Assembly (NCBI GenBank): GCA_963666365.2
Contig: CAXXNF010000001.1
Location: 217,281 to 281,280 of the forward strand
DNA from: Syntrophales bacterium
Lineage (GTDB): Bacteria; Desulfobacterota; Syntrophia; Syntrophales; UBA2210
Reading direction: 5' to 3'
Length of the DNA stretch: 64,000 nt
The notes under the pieces are model-generated. The model saw only the letters and a list, made by a program, of their open reading frames with translations, was not told the DNA's origin and ran no database searches. Made by a program: the position numbers and the translations under genes. Each line of letters opens with the position of its first letter. Within the stretch, counting starts at the first letter, position 1. Shown piece by piece: positions 8,831-18,009 of this stretch.

Positions 8831-10462
8831 TTATTTGCCGAAATGACAGAGGGGATAGACGCAGGTTTCGCAGTTGAGGCAAAAGCCGCCGTGCCCCAGG
8901 CGGGCAAGATCCTGCCGTGTGATGTCTAGTCCCGCCAGAATACGAGGGACAAGCACATCGAAACTGGTCGTCTTGAAGTAGAGCGCGGCGGCGGGGACGC
9001 CAATCAATTGTACGTTTCCTATCCGGCCCGTCAGGGTCATGGCGCCAGGCAGAATCGGAGCACCGTAAACACTATCGACGGCGCCGGCATCGAGAAGTCC
9101 CAGACGGGTAACATCGTCAGGATCGACGGAAAGCCCTCCTGTCGTAACCAGAAGGTCGATTCCTTCACCGATCAGCTCGGCCACCCCTTCGGCAATGGCC
9201 TTTCGGTCGTCGGGAACGATGCGGCTGTGAAAGGTTTCACAGCCCAGCTTCGTCAGTTTGGCCCGAATAAGCGGCTCAAAGCGGTCTTTCACAAGCCCCT
9301 TCGCCACTTCAGTTCCCGTCACCAGTATGCCCACAACAGCCTTTCGAAGCGGCAGCACTTTAAACAGAGGAGCGCCGGCAAGCACCTGCATGGCCCTGTT
9401 AAAATTATTTTTCGATATATACAGTGGAATTGCCCGAGTTGCACCGATGCCGGAATCCGCCGACACGTACGTCCCGCTTCTGCGGCTTGCGCACATGACA
9501 TCGGGAAGCAGGTTAAAAGAGGCAAGGCGTTCGACGTCTATGCTCAAGTAACCGTCTCTTTCTGCGTAAAAGGTTATTTTCCCTTCGCTCGGTGTCTCAT
9601 TATGGCTTATCCCCTCCCCTGCCATGGCAGCGGCAAAGGCGCGGGCCGCGTCGTCTTCGTGAACCCAGTTTGCATCCGGCTCGCCCATTTCTTTGACATA
9701 GACACGTTCCCTCCCCATTGTGCGGAGCATGTCTATATCCTCGGACCTGACCACCTGATTATGCCTGAAGGCAGGGCCTTTTGCCTCGAAGGGAACAACC
9801 CGCGTCATATCGTGAAGACCGGTTTTCCCCAGAGCGTCCTCCACGGCAAGGGCTTTCAGCTCGGGGCCGGCCTCTCCCCCGGAGGGATCCTGCACCTGAT
9901 AAGGGATTGCATCGCGGCACCCCTTGCACAGGTCGCCGTCCCTGCCCGGGTAGGCCTCGCCACAGAGAGGACAGATGACGATTGTTTTGCCCTTGCTTCT
10001 TTTTTCCATAAATTTCGACTGTATTGCAACCCGCTGCGAGCCGAACATTTGATAGCCTGCATCTTTTATCTGATCGAGCAGCACCTCCAGATCCTGTTCT
10101 CTTTTCGGTTTGAGTTTCAGGAACCAGTTTTTGATTTCCGGCCAGTTGTCCAGTTTGGCCGCGTCGAGAAAGACTCGCACTCCGTTGCCCCCATATTTAT
10201 CATAGAGGGTAACGGCATAGCGGCCGAGATCGACGATCTTCAACCAGCCGTTGCCGATGGTGCAGGGCGTGAGAAGCTGGACGGCATCGGGAAGGCAGCT
10301 GGGTGTTTCGCAGATCGCGTCACAGAGCGCCTCTTCCGGCATCTGGCTTCGCGCATATTGCACCATAAAACCACCGATGACTATGCCGGGAGCAACACTC
10401 CCGTGAAAGGATTTCGCCAGTTGGATATATTCTTCAAAGGAATAAATTCCTACATTCGCCAT
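8831..10462 (-). CDS. FmdE-family domain fused to a molybdopterin-binding (MoCF-biosynthesis-type) domain
   Basis: N-terminus FHGSVAPGIVIGGFMV...CPLCGEAY...CKGC (FmdE plus zinc ribbon). C-terminus VGILVTGTEV...IDLLVTTGGLSVDPDDVT (MoaB/MoeA-type fold). The start overlaps the modC stop. Confidence 0.75.
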   Translation of the reverse strand: MANVGIYSFEEYIQLAKSFHGSVAPGIVIGGFMVQYARSQMPEEALCDAICETPSCLPDAVQLLTPCTIGNGWLKIVDLGRYAVTLYDKYGGNGVRVFLDAAKLDNWPEIKNWFLKLKPKREQDLEVLLDQIKDAGYQMFGSQRVAIQSKFMEKRSKGKTIVICPLCGEAYPGRDGDLCKGCRDAIPYQVQDPSGGEAGPELKALAVEDALGKTGLHDMTRVVPFEAKGPAFRHNQVVRSEDIDMLRTMGRERVYVKEMGEPDANWVHEDDAARAFAAAMAGEGISHNETPSEGKITFYAERDGYLSIDVERLASFNLLPDVMCASRRSGTYVSADSGIGATRAIPLYISKNNFNRAMQVLAGAPLFKVLPLRKAVVGILVTGTEVAKGLVKDRFEPLIRAKLTKLGCETFHSRIVPDDRKAIAEGVAELIGEGIDLLVTTGGLSVDPDDVTRLGLLDAGAVDSVYGAPILPGAMTLTGRIGNVQLIGVPAAALYFKTTSFDVLVPRILAGLDITRQDLARLGHGGFCLNCETCVYPLCHFGK

Positions 10463-11217
10463 TTCTCAACCTCCAGTGAATCGTAGAGGACCGATCGATC
10501 GAACTCGTGATAGCGGTTGAATCCGTATTTATAATCGTCTTCGGACCTTTTCTTCGCATTTCGTTCTTTTAATATGAATTGAAGCATCCATTTTCTTACG
10601 ATCTTTCCATTCAGAATGGGGAGCACGTCGTCGGCGAGAAACAGCGCTTCGTCGATATCGTGCGTTACATGTATGATGGGCACGGAAAGTTGATTTCTCA
10701 GCGTTTTCAGCTCGTCCCTCAAATTCCTTCTCGTATTGGCGTCAAGAGCCGAAAAAGGTTCGTCCAGCAGCAGCACACGGGGCTTTCGCGCCAGGGCCTG
10801 GCAGATGGCGCATCGCTGGCGCTCGCCGCCGGAGATCTCGTGCTGCTTGCGATCCTTGAGATGCCAGATATCGAAGAGTTTGAGAAGTCGTACCACTTCA
10901 TCCTTCGACTCGGCGGCGAAGGCCACATTTTTAAACACATTGAGGTGAGGAAAAAGCGTGTAATCCTGAAAGACAAACCCTAAAGACCGTTCCTGCGGAG
11001 GGCGTACTATGCCTTTTTCCCCATCGAACCACACTTTGTCATTGTAGGAGATTATACCGCTGTCGGGTCGCGTCAATCCGGCGATCATCCGTATGATCGT
11101 CGTTTTACCCGCGCCTGAAGGACCGACCAGGGCCAGCACATTTTTCTCGTCGCAGGAAAAGGCGACGTCCAGTTCGAAGTGGGGAAGTTTTTTTGTGATT
11201 TTCACTCTAAGACCCAT
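10450..11217 (-). CDS. modC: Molybdate/tungstate ABC transporter ATP-binding protein (short form without a TOBE domain)
   Basis: Walker A GPSGAGKTT, signature ISGGERQR and Walker B LLLDEPFSALD. Overlaps the modB stop. Confidence 0.8.
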   Translation of the reverse strand: MGLRVKITKKLPHFELDVAFSCDEKNVLALVGPSGAGKTTIIRMIAGLTRPDSGIISYNDKVWFDGEKGIVRPPQERSLGFVFQDYTLFPHLNVFKNVAFAAESKDEVVRLLKLFDIWHLKDRKQHEISGGERQRCAICQALARKPRVLLLDEPFSALDANTRRNLRDELKTLRNQLSVPIIHVTHDIDEALFLADDVLPILNGKIVRKWMLQFILKERNAKKRSEDDYKYGFNRYHEFDRSVLYDSLEVEKWRM

Positions 11218-11872
11218 AGATCTTACTCCTGGTGAGTCGATTAATAATTAAAAGAAAAAAATAACTGATCGGCACCAGTATCAGGCACATAATGCCCGCC
11301 TCCCGATAATTGAGCGCTTCCACCGCCTCGTATATGGCGATGGACGCTACCCTGGTCTCGCCGGGAATGCTGCCGCCGATCATGAGAATGACGCCGAATT
11401 CCCCCATGGTATGGACGAAAACAAGTATGGCCGATGCGGCAACGCCCCCCAGCGCGTTCGGCACAATAACCTTGAAGAAGGTTGCCAGCGGGGAAAGGCC
11501 GAGCACATAGGCCGATTCAAGAAGCCGCCGATCGATCTTTTCAAAGGCCGTCTTCATCGGTTGTATGGCGAAGGGAAAACTGTAGACGATCGAGGCAATG
11601 ACAATCCCCGTAAAGGTGAATACGAGCGGCGACGACGTGACTGTTTCCCATATCCGTCCCAGGGCGCCCTTCGGTCCCATGACGACAAGGAGATAAAAAC
11701 CCAGCACGGTCGGCGGCAGCACCATGGGAAGATTGAGCAGGGCCTCAAGAAAGGACTTTCCGCGAAAGCGGAAATAGACCAGCAGATAGGCCAGGGGCGC
11801 CGATAGGATTATCAATATGACTGTCGAAAAGATCGCCAGCTTTATCGAAAGATAAAGGGGAACAAGATCCAT
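11207..11872 (-). CDS. modB: Molybdate ABC transporter permease
   Basis: 221-aa, 5-TM ORF with an EAA-like loop (ESAYVLGLSPLATFFKVIVP). Sits between modA and modC. Confidence 0.85.
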   Translation of the reverse strand: MDLVPLYLSIKLAIFSTVILIILSAPLAYLLVYFRFRGKSFLEALLNLPMVLPPTVLGFYLLVVMGPKGALGRIWETVTSSPLVFTFTGIVIASIVYSFPFAIQPMKTAFEKIDRRLLESAYVLGLSPLATFFKVIVPNALGGVAASAILVFVHTMGEFGVILMIGGSIPGETRVASIAIYEAVEALNYREAGIMCLILVPISYFFLLIINRLTRSKIYGS

Positions 11873-12646
11873 TTATTTATACCCGTAACGCTCCTTCACC
11901 TTAACGGCCGCGGGAGAGAGCAGAAATGCGGCATACTGCTCCGCCGCCTTCCGGTTGGCGGTATTCGAAAGTACGCAGGCGGCCTGCATGATGGGCGGCG
12001 CCTGCGGGATCCTGTAGACGCAGCCCTTTCTGCCGTCATCGGACAGCGCCGAAGAATAGGCGCAGAACCCCAGATCGGCAGACTCCGTGACCGCATACTG
12101 GAAGGCCTGGGCAACCGTCTGGGGAAAGACAAACTTCCCCTCAAGGGCATCCCAGAGCCCCTCTTCTTTGAGCGCGTTCATGGCAACCGTTCCATAGGGG
12201 GCGGTCACTGTATTGGCGATGGCAATTTTATGAATTTCTTTTCGCTGGATCACCTCCCGCCAGTCGGCAGTACCGCAGAACTCTTTTTTCGCCGTCCAGA
12301 GGACAACCTGCCCCTGAGCATAGACAAAGGGTTTATCCGACAGCCCCTTTTCGAAAAGGAGACCGGGGCGTTTCTCGTCCGCGGCGAGGAAAATATCGTA
12401 GGGCGCCCCTTTTACGATCTGGCTGTAGAGCTTTCCTGTGGAAGTGTAGGTTGCCTCGGCTACTATGCCGGTTTTCTCCCGAAACATTTTCACAAGCTCC
12501 TGGGAGGGCAGAATAAAATTGGCCGCCACGGCCACAATGAGCTTGTCCCCCGCCCAGGCCGAAGAAAAAGATGCGAAAAAGACTGTTGCTATGACGGTTA
12601 TGGCTGTAAATATATTTTTCAGACCTCTATTCCACGTAAGTTTCAT
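11873..12646 (-). CDS. modA: Molybdate-binding periplasmic protein
   Basis: Signal peptide, then LIVAVAANFILPSQELVKMFREKTGIVAEATYTSTGKLYSQIVKGAPYDIFLAAD (ModA family). Confidence 0.85.
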   Translation of the reverse strand: MKLTWNRGLKNIFTAITVIATVFFASFSSAWAGDKLIVAVAANFILPSQELVKMFREKTGIVAEATYTSTGKLYSQIVKGAPYDIFLAADEKRPGLLFEKGLSDKPFVYAQGQVVLWTAKKEFCGTADWREVIQRKEIHKIAIANTVTAPYGTVAMNALKEEGLWDALEGKFVFPQTVAQAFQYAVTESADLGFCAYSSALSDDGRKGCVYRIPQAPPIMQAACVLSNTANRKAAEQYAAFLLSPAAVKVKERYGYK

Positions 12647-12718
12647 CTCTGTATCCCTTTGTAAGTAGCAGCCGATTTACGGCTTCGAGTCTTGATATGC
12701 TACAATTAACATATAATG

Positions 12719-12747
12719 TGCATACCGTAAAATGATGGACCTGTCAA
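12719..12747 (-). promoter_or_regulatory. Candidate sigma-70 promoter for modABC
   Basis: On the minus strand: TTGACA (12747-12742), a 17-nt spacer, then TATGCA (12724-12719). It lies about 70 nt upstream of the modA ATG. Confidence 0.3.
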
Positions 12748-12881
12748 AGAAAATATGTTTATTTTAGCATAGATAACGGTGATACACCCTGTCTTGCACC
12801 GGGTTACTCGCCCAGCGCCTGTGACGTCTCATCGAGCTGCGGGGCTGAATTCGTTGCCTAGGACCGTGGTGACACCACGAA

Positions 12882-12910
12882 AGCGGGCGCCTCGGGGGCG
12901 CCCGCTTTTT
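12882..12910 (-). terminator. GC-rich hairpin terminator after fdhA (bidirectional shape)
   Basis: Perfect 10-bp stem AGCGGGCGCC/GGCGCCCGCT with a 5-nt loop, flanked by an A-tract and a T-tract. It starts 5 nt past the fdhA stop. Confidence 0.5.
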
Positions 12911-12914
12911 CGTT

Positions 12915-15608
12915 CTAGAGCTTTTCCACAGATACGGCGCAGGCCTTGTACTCGGCGGTCAGTGTTGCCGGATCGAACACAGGATTGGTCAACCAGTTTG
13001 CACAGGCGTCCCGGAAATGAAAGGCCATCCACACCATGCCGGGCGGCACCTGCTCCGTTACGTTCGCCTTGACTTTCACATCGCCGCGTCTCGATCTGAC
13101 CCGGATTATCTCGTCATGGACGATGCCGAGCCGTTCGGCATCGGCAGGCGATATATCGGCGGTTTCCTCGGGCAGGAGAAAGTCCATATCGGCGCGGCCG
13201 GTCTGCGTCCTGGTGTGATACTGATAGAGACGTCTCCCCGTACTGAGTACGAAGGGATAATCCTCGTCGGCCACTTCAGCCGGCGGCGTCCAATCCACCG
13301 CATTGAACAGGCCGAGTCCACAGGTAAATTTACCCTCTTTGTGAAGGAAGCTGGTGCCCGGATGATTTTCGTCCGGGCAGGGCCACTGCAGACCGTCCTG
13401 CTCTATTCTCCGATACTTGATTCCGCAAAGGGCGGGCGCCAACACAGAGATTTCGTTGTCCCATATTTCCTGAGAACTTTCGGACTTCCACTCGTGACCC
13501 ATCCTTCGGGCCAACTCCCTGAAGATCCACCAGTTCGGACGGGCAATGCCCGGTGGTTCGCTTACCTTGCGCACACGGCTGACGCGGCGCTCACTGTTTG
13601 TGAACGTACCGTCATCTTCGCACCAGGCGGCGGCCGGGAACACAACATCGGCAAAACGGGTCGTTTCCGTGGGGAAAATATCCTGACAGACGACAAACTC
13701 GGCCGCCGCAAGTTCTTCTTCCACCTTTGCGATATCGGGTTCACTGTTGGCCAGATTCTCGCCGAAGATATAAAATGCCTTTACGGCCCCGCTTTTCAGG
13801 CCTTCCATCATCTGGGGAATCATAAGGCCGTTTGTGTCGGGCAGATCCGTGACGCCCCAGGCCTTCTCGAACTTGGCGCGGGATTCAGGATCGATCACTG
13901 CCTGATATCCGGGAAACACATTGGGAAGTGCGCCCATATCACAGGCACCCTGCACATTGTTCTGGCCTCGCAGCGGATTGACGCCGCCGCACTCTTTCCC
14001 CATATTCCCCAGAAGCATCTGGAGGTTCGCCGTGGACATGACGTTGTTCTTTCCGCAGGTATGCTCGGTAATGCCCAGCGTGTAGCAGAGCATGCAGGAA
14101 TCGGCGGCTGCCAGCCTGTGTGCCACATCCCGAATCATATCTTCTGAAATGCCGGTGATTTCCGCCGCTCTCTCCAGAGGATATTCCAGGATCTTCACTT
14201 TCAACTCATCAAAACCGATACAGCATGAAGAGACAAATTCCTTGTCATAAAGATTTTCTGTTATAAGCACATGCATAACGCCGTTCAGAAAGGCGATATC
14301 GGATCCCACGTTAATGGGCACATGGAGCGAGGCAAATTCGACCAGGGGTTGTTTCCTTGGATCGACCACGATCAGTTCTGCACCGTTCGTCACGGCGTTT
14401 TTAAGGAACGTGGCCGCAACCGGATGGGCCTCGATCATATTGGTGCCGATGCAGAGGAACATCTTTGCCCTGCTGAATTCTTCGAAGGAATTGGTCATCG
14501 CGCCCGAACCGAAAGATGCCGCCAGACCGGCGACAGTGGGGGCGTGTCAGGTACGGGCACAGTGATCGATGTTGTTCGTCCCGATCACCGATCGAAAGAG
14601 TTTCTGCATCTGGTAGGAATCTTCGTTGATGCTTCGGGCGCAGCTCACACCGGCAATGGCGTCAGGCCCGTATATTTCTTTTATCTCAGTGAACTTATCG
14701 GCAACAAGACCGAGGGCCTCATCCCAGGAGGCCTCACGGAATTTACCATGCTCCTTGATGAGCGGGGTGGTAAGTCGGTCTTCGGAATAGATGAAATCGT
14801 AGGCAAAGCGGCCTTTCACACAGAGACGTCCCTTGTTCGGCGCGCCGTCCTCGACGCCGGTCACTTTGGCAATGCGTCCCTCCCTGTTCATGTGCAACCA
14901 GAGCTGGCAGCCTACACCGCAATAGGGACAGGTGGTGCGCACCTTTGTAAGTTCCCAGGGGCGTCCCCTGTACCTCGATTTCTTTTCAATGAGGGCCCCC
15001 ACGGGACAGACTTGGACACAGTGGCCGCAGAACACGCAGTCGCTCTCGAAATAGGGCTGGTCGGTTCCTGCAACGATCTTGGAGTCGGAACCCCGGTAGC
15101 CGTAACTGATCGCCCGGTTCACCACTACTTCATTGCAGGCCTGGACGCAACGGCCGCAGAGAATACAGCGGGAGAAATCGCGAATGATAAAGGGATTGTC
15201 TTCTTCTTTCGGAAATGGTTGGGGAGTGAGGGGAAAATGAACTTGTGTGATTCCGTACTTGTATGCCAGATCCTGGAGACGGCAGTCGCCGTTTGCCTCG
15301 CAGGTAAGGCAGTCATGGGTGCCGCTGGCAAGAAGAAGTTCCACATTCAATTTTCTTGCCCGGTTAACCCGTTCCGAGTCGGTCCATATTTCCATCCCCT
15401 CAGAGGCCGGAGTGCTGCAGGCTGCGACAAGCGACCGCGCCCCCGCCACTTCAACCATACACATGCGGCACGCACCCGTCGGGGTTGTGCCCTTTAAATA
15501 ACAGAGCGTCGGTATCTCAATCCCCGACTCTGTTGCGACGTCGAGAATCGACTGACCGGGCTCAAATTCAACACGTCTCCCGTTCAATTGCAACGTTGCT
15601 TTCGCCAT
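12915..15608 (-). CDS. fdhA: Formate dehydrogenase alpha subunit, selenocysteine-containing, with N-terminal 2Fe-2S and 4Fe-4S domains
   Basis: Two track ORFs (14547-15608 and 12915-14498) join in frame across a TGA at 14549-14547. The read-through gives [31 protein letters not shown], the canonical Sec active-site context of molybdopterin FDHs. The N-terminus has NuoG-like Fe-S motifs. Confidence 0.85.
14500..14549 (-). promoter_or_regulatory. UGA(Sec) recoding site plus bacterial SECIS hairpin
   Basis: After the UGA the mRNA reads CACGCCCCCACU-GUCGCC-GGUCU-GGCGGC. This gives a 6-bp stem and a GGUCU apical loop starting 18 nt after the UGA. From memory, E. coli fdhF SECIS has the same loop sequence and a similar spacing. 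Confidence 0.7.
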
Positions 15609-15907
15609 GGTTTCACCTCAATGTGGAAGTTATCGGTCTCACTGAACCTCGAAACAGAATCGTTTAGAATTCTCCAAGGATAGTGAACAATGACACAGCA
15701 TACGCGGAGGGATTGCCTCACGTGCTCGCCCTCTCATCTCTCCATGCACCCTATGTCGTTGCAGACATATGTCATTAATGTCACGTTGTCAAGCTTTTAT
15801 AAGAGAAGTTTTTGCGAGACCGTCATGTTTTGTCCTTGAAAAAAGGAAGTAACATCTGTTTAATGATTCCCCTGAAAAATAATGCAGGAAAGACAGGTAA
15901 CTGATGT

Positions 15908-16876
15908 ATGGATTTTCGTGTCGTGCTGAATGGGTTGGGGCATGCCTTTCTCAGGGAATTCGGATGCCTCTGTGCGCGCTGCCACAGGAGTGAGCATGCG
16001 GCAAATACCTCCGCATCAATTGTCGGCAGAGACAGTGAAACCGGCATGGCGGCATGGCACTGCCTTGTCGATGCAGGACTTGGAGTAAACGACAGCCTCT
16101 GCAACTATTTCACGCCGGCCGATGCACGGCTCGACTGGCTTCTTTTTTCTCATTGGCATCCCGATCACACACTCGAACTGAACAGGCTCGGCGAAACGGC
16201 CCGGCGCAGGGCACGCAATCGGGGAGTAAAATTCGTGCGAATCCCCACGTGGTGCCGTACCGGAACGGCCCGATGGATTCAGAAAAATCACTCCTACGAG
16301 TGGTATCGGCATCTTCGTCCCCATACCAGCGAAGAGGTCTCAGCCCCGGGCGCCCTGTTGGAACCTGTTCCTACGGGAATAGACGGACTGACCATTACAC
16401 CGGTGACCGTATCCCATTACACCGCCGACATCGATCCGGCTTCTTTCAAAGACAAGCTCTACTCAAGCGCCGTTTTCGTCATTGAAACAGACTCGAAAAA
16501 AGCGGTGCTTCTTTGGGATCTTGACAACAGGAACAACTGGATTTTACATCCCGAAACCGAAGAGCACAGACAGGCACAAAAATTGGTATCGGAGGCCGAC
16601 TATCTTTTCGTCGACTCTTTCACCTGGTCGATTGAGGAAGTAAACGGATTCAACACGGGACACCTGTCGTTTGCAACGATCAAAAAATATGCCGCCCTTC
16701 TGCGTCCCCGCCAGACGCTTCTCGTTCATATGAGCGGCCATGAAGACGGTGAAGGAAACTGCGGCTACGGCTGGTCCGACGACAAGTGGGAGAGAGAAGC
16801 GCAAAAGGCCTGGAAGAGTGCCGGCCTGGCGGGCGCCGTCCGGGTTCCCACGATTGGAGAGGAATTTCCTCTGTAA
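15908..16876 (+). CDS. MBL-fold metallo-hydrolase
   Basis: FSHWHPDH (HxHxDH) motif and a later HMSGHED motif. Its stop is 6 nt before the next gene. Confidence 0.75.
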   Translation: MDFRVVLNGLGHAFLREFGCLCARCHRSEHAANTSASIVGRDSETGMAAWHCLVDAGLGVNDSLCNYFTPADARLDWLLFSHWHPDHTLELNRLGETARRRARNRGVKFVRIPTWCRTGTARWIQKNHSYEWYRHLRPHTSEEVSAPGALLEPVPTGIDGLTITPVTVSHYTADIDPASFKDKLYSSAVFVIETDSKKAVLLWDLDNRNNWILHPETEEHRQAQKLVSEADYLFVDSFTWSIEEVNGFNTGHLSFATIKKYAALLRPRQTLLVHMSGHEDGEGNCGYGWSDDKWEREAQKAWKSAGLAGAVRVPTIGEEFPL

Positions 16877-16882
16877 AAGATT

Positions 16883-17983
16883 ATGATTCGTACAGCCACA
16901 TACGAAGATCTGGACGACCTCCTTGAAATCGAAAATCGCTGTTTCGTGCTCGATAGATTTTCGCGGCGGACTTTCCGCTACCTGCTGACCAAGGCAAATG
17001 CCGAAACAATTATAGACGAAGGAAAAGAAGCCGTTCGCGGGTATGCGACGGTTCTCTTTCACGCGGGAATTTCACTGGCCCGGCTCTACTCTATCGCCGT
17101 CGATCCGGTCTTTCAGGGACAATCCATTGGGAAAACACTGATAAACAAGGCCGAGGAGAAGGCCCTGGCACAGGACTGCGTGGCAATGCGCATCGAAGTG
17201 CGGAGGGACAATACACAGGCCCTTTCTCTTTATGAAGCACTGGGATACAGGCGGTTCGACATCGTCGATGATTACTACGAAGACCACATGGAGGCGATTC
17301 GGCTTGAAAAATCGCTGGCGCCTCACTTAAAGCCCGACATGGTGAGAATTCCCTTCTACGAGCAAACCCTGGAATTTACCTGCGGTCCCTCGGCGCTTAT
17401 TATGGCGATGAAAACGCTGGACCCCTCCATTGCACCGAACCGGACCCTGGAACTGAGACTCTGGAGAGAGTCCACATCCATCTTTATGACCTCCGGCCAT
17501 GGCGGATGCGGGCCCTACGGGATGACTCTATCAGCCTATCACAGAGGCTTTGACGTAGAGGTATACGTAAGCGAAGACAACCCTCTCTTCATTGATTCGG
17601 TAAGAAGCCCCGAAAAAAAAGAGGTTATTCGAATAGTCCAGAAGGATTTTATGGATGAGATCAATGAACTTCCCATAAAGCTAACGCAGGAGAGTCTTAC
17701 CATAGCCGAGATTCAGCAGAAATTCGAGGAGGGGGGAATCCCTCTGGTGCTCATCAGCTCATACAGGATCTACCACGAGAAATCGCCCCACTGGGTCGTC
17801 GTCACCGGGTTCGACGAAAAATACATCTATGTCCACGACCCCTACGTGGATAAGGACATGGGCAAGACGGCCACCGATTGTATCAACATGCCTATTTTAA
17901 GGCGGGATTTCGAGCGCATGGCACGCTATGGAAAGGCAGGACTGAAGGCAATACTGATCATAAAAAAAATGAGTCAAAAATAG
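16883..17983 (+). CDS. GNAT N-acetyltransferase fused to a C39-like (papain-fold) peptidase domain
   Basis: GNAT acetyl-CoA loop RLYSIAVDPVFQGQSIGKTL. C-terminal half has LEFTCGPSALIMAMK (Cys) and SPHWVVVTGFD (His). Confidence 0.75.
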   Translation: MIRTATYEDLDDLLEIENRCFVLDRFSRRTFRYLLTKANAETIIDEGKEAVRGYATVLFHAGISLARLYSIAVDPVFQGQSIGKTLINKAEEKALAQDCVAMRIEVRRDNTQALSLYEALGYRRFDIVDDYYEDHMEAIRLEKSLAPHLKPDMVRIPFYEQTLEFTCGPSALIMAMKTLDPSIAPNRTLELRLWRESTSIFMTSGHGGCGPYGMTLSAYHRGFDVEVYVSEDNPLFIDSVRSPEKKEVIRIVQKDFMDEINELPIKLTQESLTIAEIQQKFEEGGIPLVLISSYRIYHEKSPHWVVVTGFDEKYIYVHDPYVDKDMGKTATDCINMPILRRDFERMARYGKAGLKAILIIKKMSQK

Positions 17984-17999
17984 GGAAGTGTCCCTATTT
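17977..17999. repeat. Solo arm of the GGGAAGTGTCCC repeat family, forming a short hairpin at a gene junction
   Basis: AAATAGGGA-AGTG-TCCCTATTT palindrome overlapping the TAG stop of the GNAT/C39 gene. It shares the AAAAATAGGGAAGTGTCCC arm with the elements at 8809 and 46941. Confidence 0.5.
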
Positions 18000-18009
18000 C
18001 GGAGTTTTT

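Noticed and set aside
12647-12914. A possible Moco/Wco riboswitch, or a ModE site, in the 268-bp gap between fdhA and modA. The gap includes the 15-bp palindrome CGTGGTGACACCACG at 12865-12879.
   Set aside because: I cannot reproduce the Moco motif's conserved helices from memory with any confidence, and the GC hairpin is adequately explained as the fdhA terminator. It would need a covariance-model scan (Rfam Moco RNA motif) to revisit.
12915-15608. The FDH appearing as two separate ORFs, read as a split gene or pseudogene.
   Set aside because: The interrupting codon is a TGA at the catalytic Sec position, followed by a SECIS-like hairpin. The downstream ORF's first Met is inside the conserved domain. 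Read-through is the simpler explanation.
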